From positions 51,798 through 115,797 of the forward strand of contig JASLGG010000051.1 of the NCBI GenBank assembly GCA_030150265.1: a stretch of 64,000 nt of DNA, read 5' to 3'. Positions 9,155 through 17,694 of the stretch are shown in pieces (positions within the stretch are counted from its first letter, which is position 1; every line of letters begins with the position of its first letter). Below the pieces are notes generated by a model, which was given only the letters and a program-made list of their open reading frames with translations, was not told where the DNA came from and did not search any database. The stretch is from Protaetiibacter sp. Lineage in GTDB: Bacteria; Actinomycetota; Actinomycetes; Actinomycetales; Microbacteriaceae. Made by a program: the position numbers and the translations under genes.

Positions 9155-10717
9155 TCAGCTGCTCGCGCAGACCCCGCCGTTCAGGAAGAACAGCAGCGGC
9201 TCGCCCGAGCCCCCGCGGTCCGCCCCGATGAAGCCGATCGTGATCCGCTCGCCCGGCCGGATGACGCGGTTCCACGACAGGTTCGAGGCGAGCTGCCGCC
9301 CTCCCGCGGTCGTGTAGTCGGCGCTCCAGCCGTTCGCGACCGACTGACCCGCCGGGAACGTCCAGCGCAGCGTCCATCCGTCGATCGGCTTCGTGCCCGT
9401 GTTGGTGATCCACAGCTGCGTGTTGAACCCCCCGGGCCAGCTGCCGTTCACGATGTACTCCACCTTGCACGCGGGTCGCGTGACCGCCGGCTGCGCGAGC
9501 CGGATGAGCTCGGCAGCCTGCTCCGGGAACCACTGACCGGCCGGCGGGTCGACGATGCCGCGAGCCGGATCGGTGGGTCCGGCGGTGCCGCGGTAGCACT
9601 GACCGTCGGATTCACCGGGCACCTTGATCCACACGTAGGCGTCGACGATCGCGTCGCCAGTGTCGGCGGTCGGCGGCAGGCCGAGACCCGCGCCAGGCGG
9701 GTTGCACCAGGCCTCGGCATCCGGGTAGGCGCCCGCGGGCGGCGTCCACGGTCCCGTGCCGTTGCGGCTCGTGTCGATGATGACGTGCGGCTGGCGCGCG
9801 GGGTCGCGCACGAGGCCGGTGTCCGCGAACGCCTTGTCGAAGGCCGCGTCGCTCTGCGTCCAGGTCGAGAAGTCGTCCGGGTTGGCCGGGTAGTACTGGC
9901 TCGCGCACCACTCCCGCTGCCACCAGCTGTTCCGGTCGAGGTAGACGCAGTCCGAGATCCAGTGGCCGTACTTCACGAGCCGCTCGGTCTGGACGTAGTT
10001 GGACGCGTTGAGGTACAGGCCGTCCGCCTTCTCGACGCCCGCCTTGATGAGCCGGTCGGTCGCGTCTCCGACCCCCAGCCAGCCGCTGTGCGTTCCGTCG
10101 AGGTAGACCGCGGTGCGCGGAAGCGCGGTGAGCGCATCGACGGCGTAGTTCAGCTGGGCGAAGCGGTCGCTCGCCGCGGTCGCGGGGTCGGCCTCGGCCG
10201 GCTGGCACCAGTCCTGGGTCCCGTTGATGGTCGTGTACCAGGGGATGATGCCGAGCCCGTCGGGCTCGAGCACCACGACGGCGTCACGGGAGCCGATGCC
10301 GGCGACGGCTCCGTCGATCCACGCCTCATACGCGGCGGTGCTCGTGGCGCCACCCGCCGAGTACTGCGCGCAGTCCCGGAACGGCAGGTTGTAGAGCACG
10401 ATCACGGGCACCTCGCCGGCTGCGCTCGAGCCGTCGAGCAGGGCGCCGACCCCCGCCCGCACCTCGGCGGGGGTGCCCTTGGTGAACCAGGTGGCGGACG
10501 GGAAGGACGCGAGCAGCTGTGCGTCCGCGCGCGCCGGGCCGGTGAGAGCCGCGGCCGCGGCGGCGGTCGTGCTCGCGGGGTCGACGTAGAAGGTGGTGGT
10601 GGATCCGACGACGTCGTTCGCCGCAGGCGCGGCGAACGCGGGGAGGGTGGTGGTGAGCACAAGGGCTGCTGCGGCGATGGCCGCACCGGCCGCTCGTCTC
10701 GTCGTTGAGGCGTGCAT
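9155..10717 (-). CDS. Secreted GH6 cellulase with C-terminal CBM2
   Basis: Track ORF of 520 aa. Signal peptide 'AAALVLTTTLPAFAAPA'. GH6 motifs 'LPFRDCAQYSAGG', 'VVVLEPDGLG', 'IDTSRNG' and 'WIKVPGESDG'. C-terminal CBM2 'CKVEY..WPGGF..W..W'. Confidence 0.93.
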   Translation of the reverse strand: MHASTTRRAAGAAIAAAALVLTTTLPAFAAPAANDVVGSTTTFYVDPASTTAAAAAALTGPARADAQLLASFPSATWFTKGTPAEVRAGVGALLDGSSAAGEVPVIVLYNLPFRDCAQYSAGGATSTAAYEAWIDGAVAGIGSRDAVVVLEPDGLGIIPWYTTINGTQDWCQPAEADPATAASDRFAQLNYAVDALTALPRTAVYLDGTHSGWLGVGDATDRLIKAGVEKADGLYLNASNYVQTERLVKYGHWISDCVYLDRNSWWQREWCASQYYPANPDDFSTWTQSDAAFDKAFADTGLVRDPARQPHVIIDTSRNGTGPWTPPAGAYPDAEAWCNPPGAGLGLPPTADTGDAIVDAYVWIKVPGESDGQCYRGTAGPTDPARGIVDPPAGQWFPEQAAELIRLAQPAVTRPACKVEYIVNGSWPGGFNTQLWITNTGTKPIDGWTLRWTFPAGQSVANGWSADYTTAGGRQLASNLSWNRVIRPGERITIGFIGADRGGSGEPLLFFLNGGVCASS

Positions 10718-10758
10718 GATTCCTCCAGGAGGAGTGGGATGTGGTGGCGGCCCTCCCG

Positions 10759-10772
10759 TGGGAGCGCTCCCA
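10759..10772. promoter_or_regulatory. CelR/CebR operator (perfect TGGGAGCGCTCCCA)
   Basis: Exact 14-bp palindrome TGGGAGCGCTCCCA about 42 nt upstream of the GH6 start codon (10717). Confidence 0.8.
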
Positions 10773-10840
10773 CGGCTCGAGCCGTGGGGCTATAGTGCCG
10801 TGTCGCGCCGGTGCGGTCAAGGGCGCGCGGCGCGGTACCC

Positions 10841-11704
10841 CTAGCCCGCGGCCAGGTGGCCGTCGAGCCAGGCGATCACGTCGGCGCGCACCTCGGCCTG
10901 GTTGGTCTCGTTGAGCATCTCGTGGCGCCCGCCCGGGTAGACGGTGACCGTCACGTCCGTCAGGCCGCCCCGCTTCTCGTAGGCGGCGGCGAGCTTGCGG
11001 ATGCTCGCGGGGCCGCCGAGCGGGTCCTCCTCGCCGATCATGATGAGCATCGGCAGGTCGCGGTTCAGGTGCTTCGGGGTGCCGAGCAGGCGCAGCGCAT
11101 CCGCCAGGCCGAAGAGCTTGATGACCGTCGCGTCGAAGGTGAGCGGGTCGGCCGCGAACGCCGCCCACACCTCCGGGTCCCGCGAGAGCCACTCGTGCCC
11201 GGTGGTGCCGAGGTGCTTGTGCCTCGCGTTGAGGTCGCCGCCGTTCATGTCGAGCAGGGTGCGGTAGGCGGTGGCCGAGAGGATGACGGCGTCGTAGCGC
11301 GCGGCATCCGTCCCGATCATCTTCTGGGCGAACAGCGAACCGAGGCTGTGGCCGAAGAGCGCGAGGGGCAGCCCCGGGTTGTCGTCGCGGATGATGCCGG
11401 TCAGCTGCTCGACGGCCGCGATCGCGCCGCGCACCCCGCGCGGCCCCAGCCTGCCGAGCCGGGAGCGGTCGCCGCCCCACTGGCCGAGCCCCGTGGCGCC
11501 GTGGCCGCGGTGGTCGTCGGCGTAGACGGTGTAGCCGGATGCGGCGAGCGCCTGCGCGAAGCGCTCGTAGCGGGTCGCGTACTCCCCCACGCCGTGCAGC
11601 AGCTGCACGACGCCGCGCGGCGCATCCGCCTTCCACACGTAGTAGTGGATCGTGACGCCGCCTGCGTCGACGAAGGTGTGCTCGGTGCGGGTCGCATCGC
11701 TCAT
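10841..11704 (-). CDS. Alpha/beta hydrolase (monoacylglycerol-lipase / lysophospholipase-like)
   Basis: Track ORF of 287 aa. 'HGVGEYATRYERF', 'DHRGHG' and nucleophile elbow 'GHSLG'. Confidence 0.85.
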   Translation of the reverse strand: MSDATRTEHTFVDAGGVTIHYYVWKADAPRGVVQLLHGVGEYATRYERFAQALAASGYTVYADDHRGHGATGLGQWGGDRSRLGRLGPRGVRGAIAAVEQLTGIIRDDNPGLPLALFGHSLGSLFAQKMIGTDAARYDAVILSATAYRTLLDMNGGDLNARHKHLGTTGHEWLSRDPEVWAAFAADPLTFDATVIKLFGLADALRLLGTPKHLNRDLPMLIMIGEEDPLGGPASIRKLAAAYEKRGGLTDVTVTVYPGGRHEMLNETNQAEVRADVIAWLDGHLAAG

Positions 11705-11766
11705 TCGGGGCCTCCTCGCCGCCTTCGAGCGTAGCGGCGCCCAGCCTCCGTGCGGAGGAGAGGGGC

Positions 11767-13098
11767 ATGATGGATGGGATGAGTCAGATGTTCCGCTCCT
11801 TCGCGACGCGGAACTACCGCATCTGGTTCGCGGGCGCGCTCGTCTCCAACGTCGGCACCTGGATGCAGCGGGTCGCCCAGGACTGGCTCGTGCTCGCCGA
11901 GCTCACGGACGACGACGCGGTCGCGGTGGGCGTCGTGATGGCCCTGCAGTTCGGCCCCCAGCTCGTGCTGCTGCCGGTCACCGGATGGGTCGCCGACCGC
12001 TTCGATCGACGGCACGTGCTCGCGGTGACGCAGGGCACGATGCTGCTGCTGGGACTCGGCCTCGGCCTCGTGACGCTCACGGGCGTCGTGCAGCTCTGGA
12101 TGGTGTTCGGCTTCGCGCTCGGCCTCGGCGTCGCCGCCGCGTTCGACGCGCCCGCCCGCCAGGCCTTCGTGGGCGAGCTCGTCGACGACGCCTCGCTCGC
12201 CAACGCGGTGGCCCTCAACGCCGCCTCGTTCAACGGCGCCCGGCTCATCGGCCCCGCCGTGGCCGGGATGCTCGTGGCGGTCGTCGGATCGGGGTGGGTG
12301 TTCCTGATCAACGCGGCGTCGTTCCTCGCCGTGCTCGTCTCGCTCGCGGCGCTGCGGCCGAAGGACTTCACACCCTTCACCCGCAAGGCCCGCGGGCGCG
12401 GCCAGATGCGCGCGGGCTTCCGCTACGTGCGGCGGCGCCCCGACATCCTGCTGGTGTTCGCGATGGTGTTCCTCACGGGAACCCTGGGCTACAACTTCCC
12501 GATCTACACGGCCACCATGGCGCGCGTCGAGTTCGGCGAGGGGCCCGAGGAGTTCGGATGGCTGTCGTCGGCGCTCGCCGTCGGCTCGGTCGCGGGGGCG
12601 CTGCTCGCCGCGCGCCGGGAGCGCCCCAGGCTGCGCACGGTGACGCTCGCGAGCCTCGGCTTCGGCCTCTCGCTCGGCGCCGCGGCGCTGGCGCCCGAGC
12701 CGATCAGCTTCGGCGCGGTGCTCGCGGTGGTCGGCTTCGCGGGCATCACGATGATGAACACCGCGAACGCCTACGTGCAGACCACGACGGCACCCTCGAT
12801 GCGCGGGCGGGTGCTCGCGCTCTACCTCGCGATCTTCATGGGCGGCACGCCGCTCGGCGCGCCGCTCATCGGCGCGATCGCGGATGCCGCGGGGCCGCGC
12901 TGGGCGATCGTCGTCGGCGCCGCATCCGGGCTCGCGGCCGCCGGGCTCGCCGGGGTGTTCTACCTGCGCACGCGCGGCGTGCGGGTCAGCTGGGAGCGCA
13001 GCCGGCGCTGGCCGCTGCGGATCTCGTCGGCGACGCCGGCCGACCGCGACACCGCCACGCAGGAGATCGCGATCGTCGAGGCCGGCACGCAGCGCTGA
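11767..13098 (+). CDS. MFS transporter (MFS_3 / EntS-like family)
   Basis: Track ORF of 443 aa. 'FRSFATRNYRIWFAGALVSNVGTWMQ' is the typical N-terminus of this family, with about 12 TM helices. The start could also be the ATG 21 nt downstream. Confidence 0.85.
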   Translation: MMDGMSQMFRSFATRNYRIWFAGALVSNVGTWMQRVAQDWLVLAELTDDDAVAVGVVMALQFGPQLVLLPVTGWVADRFDRRHVLAVTQGTMLLLGLGLGLVTLTGVVQLWMVFGFALGLGVAAAFDAPARQAFVGELVDDASLANAVALNAASFNGARLIGPAVAGMLVAVVGSGWVFLINAASFLAVLVSLAALRPKDFTPFTRKARGRGQMRAGFRYVRRRPDILLVFAMVFLTGTLGYNFPIYTATMARVEFGEGPEEFGWLSSALAVGSVAGALLAARRERPRLRTVTLASLGFGLSLGAAALAPEPISFGAVLAVVGFAGITMMNTANAYVQTTTAPSMRGRVLALYLAIFMGGTPLGAPLIGAIADAAGPRWAIVVGAASGLAAAGLAGVFYLRTRGVRVSWERSRRWPLRISSATPADRDTATQEIAIVEAGTQR

Positions 13099-13121
13099 CC
13101 TGCCCCGCCGCAGGGAAGGCG

Positions 13122-14231
13122 ATGCAGAATGGCAGCATGCCGGTCGTCGCCAAGGACACCCCGCTCGTCGCCCGCATCGGCGCCTCCGCCACCACCACGG
13201 AGTCCCGCGCGCTGGTCGTGGCCGTGGCGGCCTTCGTGCTCGCCTTCCTCGTGGCGCTCGTGGGGGTGCGCGGTCCCCTGCAGCTGTCGGGCGCCTGGTC
13301 GCTCGGCGCGTGGGCATCGGCCGTCGCGGCGGTCGCGGCGGCGGCGGCCTTCGTCGCCGGATACCTGCTGCCCGCACCGGGTGCGACCCGGCGCGACCGG
13401 CCCGAGCGGTCGACCTGGCGGCTCGTGCTCGACATCGTGGCCCTCGCGCTCGCCCACGGCTTCACGACGCTGCTGCTGCTCGAGGGCCTGTCGATCGTCG
13501 TGGCGCAGGCCTTCCTGGGTGCCGAGGTGTACTCCTTCAGCTCGATGACGCTCATCGCCGCCGCGGCGGCCCTCGCGGCCTACGTGTCGTTCCTCTCGGC
13601 ATCCGGCATGACCACCACCCGCGTGGCGACGGTGCTCGCGGTCTACCTCGTGGTGGGCGTCTTCGCGGCGATGCTGTCGACCTCCGACGCCGACTGGTGG
13701 GAGAAGAACATCTCGGCCCTCGGCATCGGCGACGACTTCTCGAGCTGGGTCTTCAACATCACCCTGATCGTCGCGGGCGCCATCATCACCGCGATCGCGA
13801 GCTACCTCGTGGTGGAGCTCGCGGCGAGCGGGATGGCGCGGGCGCGTGGCGAGCGCGACGACGGCCGCGAGCGCCTCCGCATCGAGGTGCTGCGCGGGGC
13901 GCTCCTCGCCCTCGGCACCTTCCTCGCCCTCGTCGGGGTGTTCCCCGTGAACTGGGTGGAATGGGTGCACAACACCTTCGCGACGGGCCTCGTGGTGATC
14001 TTCGCGGCGATGGTGTTCGGCGTGCGCCACGTCGTGCCGCGGATGCCCGTGGTGTTCGTCGCCGTCGGCTTCGTCTTCCTCGGCGTCGTGCTGTTCGCGA
14101 CCGTGCTGTTCGCGACCGGCGCCTACAACCTGACCGCGGTCGAGATCATCGGCTTCGCCCTCATCTTCACCTGGCTCATCGTGCTCATCCGCAACATCTC
14201 GGCGGGCGCGCACGACACCGGGCGCCCCTGA
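13122..14231 (+). CDS. Polytopic membrane protein (C-terminal half DUF998-like), unknown function
   Basis: ATG at 13122 behind GGGAAGG, in the frame of track ORF 11652..14231. About 9-10 hydrophobic helices and 'WWEKNISALGIGDDFSSWVFN'. The upstream part of the track ORF is a wrong-frame read of the MFS gene. Confidence 0.7.
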   Translation: MQNGSMPVVAKDTPLVARIGASATTTESRALVVAVAAFVLAFLVALVGVRGPLQLSGAWSLGAWASAVAAVAAAAAFVAGYLLPAPGATRRDRPERSTWRLVLDIVALALAHGFTTLLLLEGLSIVVAQAFLGAEVYSFSSMTLIAAAAALAAYVSFLSASGMTTTRVATVLAVYLVVGVFAAMLSTSDADWWEKNISALGIGDDFSSWVFNITLIVAGAIITAIASYLVVELAASGMARARGERDDGRERLRIEVLRGALLALGTFLALVGVFPVNWVEWVHNTFATGLVVIFAAMVFGVRHVVPRMPVVFVAVGFVFLGVVLFATVLFATGAYNLTAVEIIGFALIFTWLIVLIRNISAGAHDTGRP

Positions 14232-14337
14232 GCGTCAGGCGGCGTCGGCCGCGAAGGCGGCCCGCAACGAGAACCGGCCCGCGGAGGGGGGAATCTCAGC
14301 GGGCCGTCTCAAGGGTGCGTGGCACCCGAGGGGGTCT

Positions 14338-14371
14338 CCCGCGGCGGCGACCACCACAGCGCCGCCGCGGG
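14338..14371 (+). terminator. GC-rich hairpin (12-bp perfect stem), possible factor-independent terminator without a U-tract
   Basis: CCCGCGGCGGCG-ACCACCACAG-CGCCGCCGCGGG, about 105 nt after the stop at 14231. Confidence 0.3.
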
Positions 14372-14440
14372 ATGCTCCCATGCTAAGCAGAGAGGCTGGA
14401 TGCGAGCCGCGCGCATGCTGGGAACTCCGCATCCCGCCTC

Positions 14441-14459
14441 ACAGGTAAGGCTCACCTAA
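14441..14459. promoter_or_regulatory. DtxR/IdeR-type iron box upstream of hmuT
   Basis: ACAGGTAAGGCTCACCTAA matches the 19-bp consensus TTAGGTTAGGCTAACCTAA at 15/19 positions. Ends 21 nt before the GTG start at 14480. Confidence 0.6.
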
Positions 14460-14479
14460 GTTCCTTCTAGGATGGAGGG

Positions 14480-15577
14480 GTGACCCGAGCCCTTCGCGCC
14501 GCCACCGCGGCGGCCCTCTCCTGCGCTCTGCTCGCCGGATGCGCGATGCAGGCCCCCACGGGGTCCGCCACGACCGCCCATCCGGTCGACACGCGCCCGC
14601 TCTCGCAGCTCGAGCTCTACCCCGACCCCCGCGCGGTCGAGGGGCCGAGTACCGCGGTCATCGCGACCGACGCCGTCGAGCCGGTCGTCGATGCGCCCGC
14701 ACAGACCCTGCCCGCGAAGGTCGTCTCGCACGACCCCGGGGGCGACCGCGACGTCGTGGTCCGCGACACCTCCCGGGTGCTGGCCCTCGACCTGGCCGGA
14801 TCGCTCGCCGCGACCGTGTGGGGCCTCGGCCTCGGCAGCACCCTCGTGGGACGCGACATGTCGACCACCTTCCCCGGCACGGAGAAGCTGCCGGTGGTCA
14901 CCGCCGGCGCCCATGCGATCAACGCCGAGAGCGTCCTCGCGCTGCGCCCGACGCTCGTCGTCGCCGACGGCACCATCGGCCCGCGCGACGTGCTCGAGCA
15001 GCTGCGCGACTCCGGCGTCACCGTCGTCTTCGTCGCCAACGAGGCGAGCTTCGACGGCGCGGCGCAGCTCGCCCGCGACGTCGGCGCCGTGCTCGGGGTG
15101 CCGGAGGCCGGCGAGACGCTCGCGTCGAGCATCGCCGCCCAGGTGGACGACACCCTCGCGCAGATCGCGGCGATCGCACCCGCGGCATCCGGTGACAAGC
15201 TGCGCGTGATCTTCCTCTACCTGCGTGGCGGCTCGGGCATCTCCTACCTGTTCGGCAAGGAGTCGGGTGCCGACCGGCTCATCGCCGCCCTCGGCGCTCG
15301 CGACGTCGCGGGCGAGCTCGGCTGGGAGGGCATGCGACCCGTCACCGACGAGGCGCTCATCGACGCCGATCCGGATGTCGTGCTCGTCATGACCGACGGG
15401 CTCGCCTCCGCCGGGGGCGTCGACGGCCTGCTCTCCTCCAAGCCCGCGCTCGCCCTCACGACCGCCGGACAGCACCGCCGGATCGTCGACATGGCCGACG
15501 GCCAGATCCTGAGCTTCGGACCCCGCTCGGCACTCGTGCTGGACGCCCTCGCGCGCGCCCTCTACGCGAAGCCCTGA
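14480..15577 (+). CDS. hmuT: Heme/iron-chelate ABC substrate-binding lipoprotein (HmuT-like)
   Basis: Track ORF of 365 aa with a GTG start after GGAGGGG. Lipobox 'LLAGC'. Class III (helix-backbone) binding-protein layout: 'VLALDLAGSLAATVWGLGLGSTLVGRD' and 'LRPTLVVAD'. Confidence 0.8.
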   Translation: MTRALRAATAAALSCALLAGCAMQAPTGSATTAHPVDTRPLSQLELYPDPRAVEGPSTAVIATDAVEPVVDAPAQTLPAKVVSHDPGGDRDVVVRDTSRVLALDLAGSLAATVWGLGLGSTLVGRDMSTTFPGTEKLPVVTAGAHAINAESVLALRPTLVVADGTIGPRDVLEQLRDSGVTVVFVANEASFDGAAQLARDVGAVLGVPEAGETLASSIAAQVDDTLAQIAAIAPAASGDKLRVIFLYLRGGSGISYLFGKESGADRLIAALGARDVAGELGWEGMRPVTDEALIDADPDVVLVMTDGLASAGGVDGLLSSKPALALTTAGQHRRIVDMADGQILSFGPRSALVLDALARALYAKP

Positions 15578-15651
15578 CCCCGCACCGACGGGTCGTCCTC
15601 CCCGCCCCGCGGCCACCGGTTAGGCTCTCGCTCAGAGCGGGGGATGATCGC

Positions 15652-16710
15652 ATGACCACAGAGTCTCGCCGGGTGCTCGTCGTGGATGACGACCCCGACG
15701 TCGCGCTGTTCGTGAAGACGATGCTCGAGCGCCGAGGTGGATGCGTCGTGCAGCTGGCCGCCGACGGGATCGCCGCAATCGCCGCAATCGCCGCCTTCCG
15801 GCCCGACGTCGTGGTGACCGACATCCAGATGCCGGGGCTCTCCGGACTCGAGCTGCTCGCCGCGATCCGCGAGGACGCCGCCTGGATGCCGGTGGTCGTC
15901 ATGACGGCGCACGTGTCCGTGGACTACGCCGTCTCGGCCCTGCGCGCGCAGGCCGACGAGTTCCTCACCAAGCCGCTCGACAGCACGCGCCTGGTGGAGG
16001 TCGTCACCCGCCTCGCCGACGAGGGCCGTGCCCGCCGCGAGGCCGTGACGCCGAAGGAGTTCGTGCTCGCCGTGGGAGCGCATCCCGATGACGTCGAGAT
16101 CGGAGTGGGGGGCGTGCTCGCCGCCCACCGCGAGGCCGGCGATGAGATCACGATCCTCACGCTCTCACGCGGGGCGCGCGGCGGCGACGCCGACGACCGC
16201 CAGCACGAGTCGCTCGCGGCCGCCGAGCTGCTCGGCGCCCGGCTGTTCCTCAAGGACCTCGTCGACACCGAGATCCCGGGCGGCGGCCCGACCGTGCGGC
16301 TCATCGAGGAGGTCGTGCGGGAGGTCGTGCCCACGATCGTCTACACGCACAGCCAGCACGACCGGCACCAGGACCACCGCGCCGTGCACGAGGCCACCAT
16401 CGTCGCGACGCGCACCATCGACACGGTGGCCTGCTACCAGAGCCCCTCGGCGACGGTCGACTTCCGTCCGACGCGCTTCGTGTCGATCGACGGCTTCGTC
16501 GAGCGCAAGCTCGCCCTGCTGGCCTGCTTCCGCTCGCAGGCCGAGAACCGCTCCTACCTCGTGCCGGACTTCGTGGTGGCGACCGCGCGCTACTGGTCGC
16601 GCTTCGGCGGCGGCGAGAACGTCGAGCCGCTCGAGGTCGTGCGCGAGACCTCCGACCTCTCGGTTCCGGCGCGGACGCGGCAGGGCGAGCGCAGCAGGGA
16701 GGCACGATGA
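15652..16710 (+). CDS. Response-regulator receiver fused to a PIG-L/LmbE-family N-acetylglucosaminyl deacetylase
   Basis: Track ORF of 352 aa. REC motifs: 'VLVVDDDPD', 'VVVTDIQMPGLSGLEL', 'VVMTAH', 'FLTKP'. PIG-L motifs: 'VLAVGAHPDDVEIGVGG' and 'HQDHRAVH'. No signal peptide or TM helix. Confidence 0.9.
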   Translation: MTTESRRVLVVDDDPDVALFVKTMLERRGGCVVQLAADGIAAIAAIAAFRPDVVVTDIQMPGLSGLELLAAIREDAAWMPVVVMTAHVSVDYAVSALRAQADEFLTKPLDSTRLVEVVTRLADEGRARREAVTPKEFVLAVGAHPDDVEIGVGGVLAAHREAGDEITILTLSRGARGGDADDRQHESLAAAELLGARLFLKDLVDTEIPGGGPTVRLIEEVVREVVPTIVYTHSQHDRHQDHRAVHEATIVATRTIDTVACYQSPSATVDFRPTRFVSIDGFVERKLALLACFRSQAENRSYLVPDFVVATARYWSRFGGGENVEPLEVVRETSDLSVPARTRQGERSREAR

Positions 16711-17693
16711 CTCGGGTGCTCATCACGGGCGTCGGCGGGGCGGCCGGCGTCGCCGTCGTCCGCTCGTTGCTCGCGCGCCACGACCTCACCGTCTTCGCAG
16801 CCGACATGGACGGCTGGGCGGCGGGCCTCTACCTCGTGCCGCCCGAGCAGCGCCGGCTCGTCGAGCCGGGCCGCGACCCCGGCTTCGTGCCCGGGCTGGC
16901 CGCGCTCGTCGAGCGCGACCGGATCGACGTGGTGATCTCCACGGTCGACGTCGAGCTGACCGCGCTCGCCGAGCGTCGCCACGAGCTCGCCCCCGCCGTG
17001 CTCGCCGCGCCGAGCGCGGCGACCCTCGCCGTGGCGCTCGACAAGCTCGCCCTCGCGGAGCGCTGCGCCCCCACCGCGCAGGTGCCGCGCACCGTGCTCG
17101 CCGGACCCGCGGCGCTCGAGGTCGAGTGGGAGTTCCCGGTGTTCGCGAAGCCGCGCAGCGGTGCGGGCAGCCGCGGCATCCGGATGGTGCCCGACCGCGC
17201 CGCGCTCGCCGCGCTCCCCGCCGATGAGGGGCTCATCGTGCAGGATCTGCTGCCCGGCGAGGAGTACTCGGTCGACGTCATCGCGGACGCCGAGGGGAAG
17301 GTCGTGGCGGCGGTGCCGCGCACCCGCACCCGCGTCGACTCCGGGGTGTCGATCGCCGGGCGCACCGTGCGCGACCCGGAGCTCGAGGAGACGGCCGCCG
17401 CCGTGGCCCGGGCCATCGGGCTCGTCGGCGTCGCGAACGTGCAGCTGCGGCGCGACCGCGCCGGACGCGCCGCCCTGCTCGAGGTCAACCCTCGGTTCCC
17501 GGGGGCGCTGCCGCTCACGATCGCCGCGGGCGTCGACATCCCCTCGCTCGTCGTCGACCTGTTCACGGGCCGCCCGCTGCCCGAGCGGCTCGGGTTCCGC
17601 GAGGTCGCCTCCGTGCGCTTCCTCGAGGACATCGTGCTCGACCCCGCCGAGGTGCTCGAGTCGGCGCATGCCGCCCACCAGGACGGCGACTGA
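16707..17693 (+). CDS. ATP-grasp domain ligase
   Basis: Track ORF of 328 aa with an ATGA overlap onto the previous stop. Rossmann-like N-terminus 'VLITGVGGAAG', then 'FPVFAKPRSGAGSRGI', 'IVQDLLPGEEYSVDV' and 'NVQLR...LLEVNPRFPG'. Confidence 0.85.
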   Translation: MTRVLITGVGGAAGVAVVRSLLARHDLTVFAADMDGWAAGLYLVPPEQRRLVEPGRDPGFVPGLAALVERDRIDVVISTVDVELTALAERRHELAPAVLAAPSAATLAVALDKLALAERCAPTAQVPRTVLAGPAALEVEWEFPVFAKPRSGAGSRGIRMVPDRAALAALPADEGLIVQDLLPGEEYSVDVIADAEGKVVAAVPRTRTRVDSGVSIAGRTVRDPELEETAAAVARAIGLVGVANVQLRRDRAGRAALLEVNPRFPGALPLTIAAGVDIPSLVVDLFTGRPLPERLGFREVASVRFLEDIVLDPAEVLESAHAAHQDGD

Positions 17694-17694
17694 C

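Noticed and set aside
9155-14231. Calling the block between hmuUV and hmuT a horizontally acquired island
   Set aside because: There are no mobility genes, flanking direct repeats or visible GC shift. Only the gene order is unusual, so I report it as a synteny question rather than as a mobile element.
14232-14440. Possible riboswitch or sRNA in the 248-bp gap before hmuT (several strong GC hairpins)
   Set aside because: I could not match any known riboswitch core (TPP, cobalamin, SAM, FMN, glycine, c-di-GMP) by eye. The hairpins are adequately explained as terminator structures of the upstream gene. A covariance-model scan (Rfam/Infernal) would be needed to revisit this.
15618-15626. GGTTAGGCT, a perfect left half of the iron-box consensus, about 26 nt upstream of the REC::PIG-L gene
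   Set aside because: Only about 10/19 positions match when the full 19-mer is aligned, because the right half is absent. That is insufficient to claim iron regulation of the seven-gene cluster.
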